From an uncultured candidatus Porisulfidus sp. (GTDB lineage Bacteria; Pseudomonadota; Gammaproteobacteria; Poriferisulfidales; Poriferisulfidaceae), in the NCBI GenBank assembly GCA_965116025.1, contig OZ220480.1, positions 352,001-416,000 on the forward strand: a stretch of DNA of 64,000 bases, read 5' to 3'. The notes beneath the pieces were generated by a model that did not search any database, was not told where the DNA came from, and worked only from the letters and a program-made list of their open reading frames with translations. This document shows, in pieces, positions 60,621-64,000 of the stretch (its first letter is position 1; the number at the start of each line of letters is the position of its first letter). Position numbers and translations under genes: made by a program.

Positions 60621-61571
60621 ATGCTCTACCCCGCGATCCGCCCCTATTCGACCCGTCGCCTGCAGGTCGACGGGCGACATGCATTGCATGTGGAGGAGTG
60701 CGGCAGTCCAGAGGGCGTGCCGGTGGTGTTCCTGCACGGCGGCCCGGGCGCAGGTTGCGAGGACTACCATCGCCAGTTCTTCGATCCGGAGAAATACCGA
60801 ATCGTGCTGTTCGACCAGCGCGGCGCCGGACGCTCGACGCCCCACGCGGACTTGACCGACAACACCACGGCTCATCTAGTCGAGGACATCGAGAAGATCC
60901 GCGAGGAGCTGGGAATCGACCGGTGGCTCGTGTTCGGCGGCTCCTGGGGCTCCACCCTCGGGCTGGCCTACGCCCAGAGCCACCCGAAACGCGCGCTGGG
61001 CCTGATCTTGCGCGGCATCTTCCTGTGCCGGCGGCGCGACCTCCTTTGGTTCTACCAGGAAGGCGCGGACAATATCTTCCCCGATTACTGGCGGGACTTC
61101 TTGGAGCCCATACCGGAAGCGGAGCGCGGCGACCTGATGCGGGCCTACCACCACCGACTGACCGGGCCTGACGAGCTGATCCGCATGAAGGCGGCCAAGG
61201 CCTGGGCGCTCTGGGAGGCGCGCTGCTCGAATCTGCAGCACGACGCCCGGGTCGTGGAGGCGTTCAGCGACCCGCACATGGCGCTCGGTCTGGCGCGCGT
61301 GGAGTGCCACTACTTCGTCAACCGAATCTTCCTGCCAGAGAACCAGTTGCTGAAGCGAATCGGGAAACTGACGGGGGTTCCGGGAATTCTGGTGCATGGA
61401 CGCTACGATATCGTCTGCCCCATCGATCAGGCTTTCGCGCTGCATCGCGCCTGGCCCGGGTCGCGCCTGGACCTAATTGCCGAAGCGGGGCACTCGGCCC
61501 GAGAGCAGGGCATCACCACCGCCCTGATCGCGGCCACCGAGGAGATGCACTCGCGCCTGACTCGGGCGTGA
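60621..61571 (+). CDS. pip: Proline iminopeptidase
   Basis: HGGPG, DQRGAGRSTP, GGSWGS, LRGIF, GRYDIVCP, AGHS. Confidence 0.95.
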   Translation: MLYPAIRPYSTRRLQVDGRHALHVEECGSPEGVPVVFLHGGPGAGCEDYHRQFFDPEKYRIVLFDQRGAGRSTPHADLTDNTTAHLVEDIEKIREELGIDRWLVFGGSWGSTLGLAYAQSHPKRALGLILRGIFLCRRRDLLWFYQEGADNIFPDYWRDFLEPIPEAERGDLMRAYHHRLTGPDELIRMKAAKAWALWEARCSNLQHDARVVEAFSDPHMALGLARVECHYFVNRIFLPENQLLKRIGKLTGVPGILVHGRYDIVCPIDQAFALHRAWPGSRLDLIAEAGHSAREQGITTALIAATEEMHSRLTRA

Positions 61572-62117
61572 GGCCTGGACGGCCTAGCCCAGCGCTAGTC
61601 CCCGCCTGTCCGGCGGCATCCGGTTCCGGTCGGCGACCCTCGCGGCGCGGTGCCAGCTGGAGGCCCTCTTGGGAAAAACTTCGCGGTCAGCTCGACTTCG
61701 CTCATGCCGACACCCATCCCACGGGAGGATTCTCAATTTCCGAGCTAACGCCGATTTTGAGGAAATTCCTAGATGGTTTCTCGCCTTCACGGACGCGCTA
61801 GGAAATGCGGGTAGGTATTTGGGGCGGCCGAGGACGGCTCGGGTAGATTTTCGCGAGAAAAACTCGGATTCCACCCGATTCTCGTAGAGCGTAGCTTGGC
61901 CTCTCGCGCGCCTACGCGAGCCGCGTCTTCCAAATGGCCCGTCTTTTCCCTGAAAGCGCCAGCTTCGAGCGGTCAGAACGTGTCCCAAGCCGGAAGACCA
62001 GATATTCGGCGCGACACGCTCCTGACATCCAGCACGTGATCCCTCCGGAAGCCCACCCACAACTTCCGGACTCGTCGGATCAGTTTCGCGCCGAGGCCGG
62101 CCGCGATCACAAGTCGG

Positions 62118-64000
62118 TCAGAAGCGAACCTTCAGCAGGACGCTCGCGCCGTAATCGTGATTGTCGCCGTCCGACGCCGCGTAGTGAGCGTCACCCGATA
62201 GCGTCGACTCCCCTTGCGCGTCCAAGACCATCACGCCCCCGCTGCCCAAACGCGCCCACGTGGACTCCACCTCCGAGCGCAGCCGCGACCCCGAAGCCAT
62301 CACGTCCCGGCTCTCCGACAGCTCGCGCTCCACGTCCAATGAGGCGTACGTCTCGCCGTTCTCCAACAGTACCCCGATACGCGCCCGCGCGCTGTCCTCC
62401 GAGCGAAACGACACCCGACCGCTTCCAGCAACGCCCGAAACGTCGGCGAAGTCGTCGACATCCACCCATGTCCACGTCAATCCTCCGCGCGGGATCAGCG
62501 CGAAGCCGTCCATCTCCATGCGCCTGCCGACCTCCACGCCGACCGCGTGACCCTCTCCGTCCAGACCGGACGCCACCATCCCCCGAGTCTCCGAGCTCAG
62601 GTCGACATCCTCGAAACGCGTGTACGAGAGCTCCCCGTCCGCGTACCAGCCGTCCTCCCCCCGCCAAGTCGCCGATGCCCCGACGCCCACGCCCGAGACC
62701 TCGATCTTCCCGCCCCGCGCGACGTCCGCCTCGCCGTCGCGGTAGTGCGCGCTCACGCCCAGCATCAGCCCCGGCGCGTCCGTAGGAACGACGATGCCCG
62801 TCTCCACGCCCCAGCGCTCGAAATCCCAAGACAGCGCGCGACCCGCATCGTCCATCTCGGTCGTGGATGTCTCCACCTCCCGCTCGCCGTCGCTCGCCAA
62901 CACCCGCGCCCACGCGCCCCCGCCGTCCCGCGTCGCCGACAAACGCGCCTGACGACCGCCCGGCGCGCTCATCTCCAGCAGCACCGACGGCAGCGCCTCG
63001 TACACCCGAGCCCGGGCATGGTACGTCCGGCTGATCTCCTTCTCGGAGTCCACCTGGAACTGATGCCCGCCCGTGATCGACCTCAGCGTGACCATCCGCT
63101 CGAACACCGCGTCGTACACCCCATGCGTCCCCGTCTTCCCCGACGTCGCCTTCACCGCGTCCCCCACGGCGATCATCTTCTTCGCGCCGGCCATCAACTC
63201 CCGCTGGAAGACGTTCGGCGCGTCCTTTCCACTGTTCAGGAATTTCCCCATGACGAAAGCGATCTGCCCATGCTCGTTCTCCTTCAGGGTGACATGCAGC
63301 GCCTTGTCCGCGCTCACCGCGATCCCCGACGTCGCGCCGATCTCCGCCTTCGGCCCGATCATCAGCGTCCCGCCGTTCACCATCCGAACGCCGGCGTGCT
63401 CGCCGCCGCCGCCCATCACCTTGCCGTTGATGGTGACCGTCTGGTCGTAGTGCCCCGCCCGGGTAGCGTGATCTTCCGCGAAGGTCCGCATGCCCTTGAC
63501 ATGCACCCCGTCCTTCTTGGCCCGGATCGTCGCCATCTCCCCTACCGTGACGCTGATCTTCCCGGCTTTCGGCGCGTCCTCGTCCTCGTAGGTGGTGGCC
63601 GTCTCCGCGTGCACGCCATGCCCGTCCGCCATGATCGTTCCGCCAGCCACGTCGATCTTGATCGGGACGATCATCTCGATGTCCTGTACCCCCTCCGCGT
63701 CGTTCAAGTCTTTCACATAGGCGAGAATGCCGTCGCCCTTCGACGTGACGCTCCCTTTCGACGTGATCTCGATCTTCCCGATCTTGGCCTCGTAGGTGGA
63801 GGGGGCTTGAGAGTCGACCGCCGTCTCGTCGGAAGCCGCCTGGGGCCGCGAACTCCCATGAACGGCGAGGATGCCGGCGGTCCTGCCTTTCAGGTCCGCC
63901 AATTCCATCTTTTCAGACTCCGTTATGGAATCCACGTCACTGTCCAAGATATCGAGCGCGTCGCCCGCGACGATCTCGCCCTTCAAGTGCTTCGCGACCA
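62118..64000 (-). CDS. Autotransporter 3, paralog of autotransporter 2 (5' end outside the window)
   Basis: C-terminal about 600 aa closely similar to 47734-49600, with the same terminus DGDNHDYGASVLLKVRF. Confidence 0.9.
   Translation of the reverse strand, partial: VAKHLKGEIVAGDALDILDSDVDSITESEKMELADLKGRTAGILAVHGSSRPQAASDETAVDSQAPSTYEAKIGKIEITSKGSVTSKGDGILAYVKDLNDAEGVQDIEMIVPIKIDVAGGTIMADGHGVHAETATTYEDEDAPKAGKISVTVGEMATIRAKKDGVHVKGMRTFAEDHATRAGHYDQTVTINGKVMGGGGEHAGVRMVNGGTLMIGPKAEIGATSGIAVSADKALHVTLKENEHGQIAFVMGKFLNSGKDAPNVFQRELMAGAKKMIAVGDAVKATSGKTGTHGVYDAVFERMVTLRSITGGHQFQVDSEKEISRTYHARARVYEALPSVLLEMSAPGGRQARLSATRDGGGAWARVLASDGEREVETSTTEMDDAGRALSWDFERWGVETGIVVPTDAPGLMLGVSAHYRDGEADVARGGKIEVSGVGVGASATWRGEDGWYADGELSYTRFEDVDLSSETRGMVASGLDGEGHAVGVEVGRRMEMDGFALIPRGGLTWTWVDVDDFADVSGVAGSGRVSFRSEDSARARIGVLLENGETYASLDVERELSESRDVMASGSRLRSEVESTWARLGSGGVMVLDAQGESTLSGDAHYAASDGDNHDYGASVLLKVRF

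Overview
High-GC chromosomal segment with gammaproteobacterial-type housekeeping gene order: aroC, glnE-ilvE-hldE-waaF, tRNA-Leu, glyQS-gmhB-plsC, dgt-aroB-aroK/mrcA, def-fmt, ntrY-ntrX-trkA-trkH, lpxL and pip. Three things stand out. (1) A fwdD-fwdB-fwdA-ftr-fwdC operon whose B subunit keeps the Fe-S and Mo/W-pterin ligands, followed by a 7Fe ferredoxin and a ferredoxin-NADP+ reductase. (2) A surface-protein repertoire of three autotransporters and a type I secretion ABC/MFP pair. The only three long G/C homopolymers I found (18, 25 and 26 nt) all lie in these genes. Two sit at about codon 24 of autotransporter leaders, one in frame (ON) and one frameshifted (OFF), which suggests phase-variable contingency loci. 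(3) Several small defence-type islets with no integrase: an orphan M.RsrI-like methylase, a Panacea antitoxin with a membrane partner, a Schlafen/AlbA_2 protein at tRNA-Leu, a BseCI/ClaI-like R-M pair and a decayed DUF433/DUF5615 pair. The pilMNOPQ and rsmB genes are missing from their usual loci. Family assignments come from motif recognition only; no searches were run.
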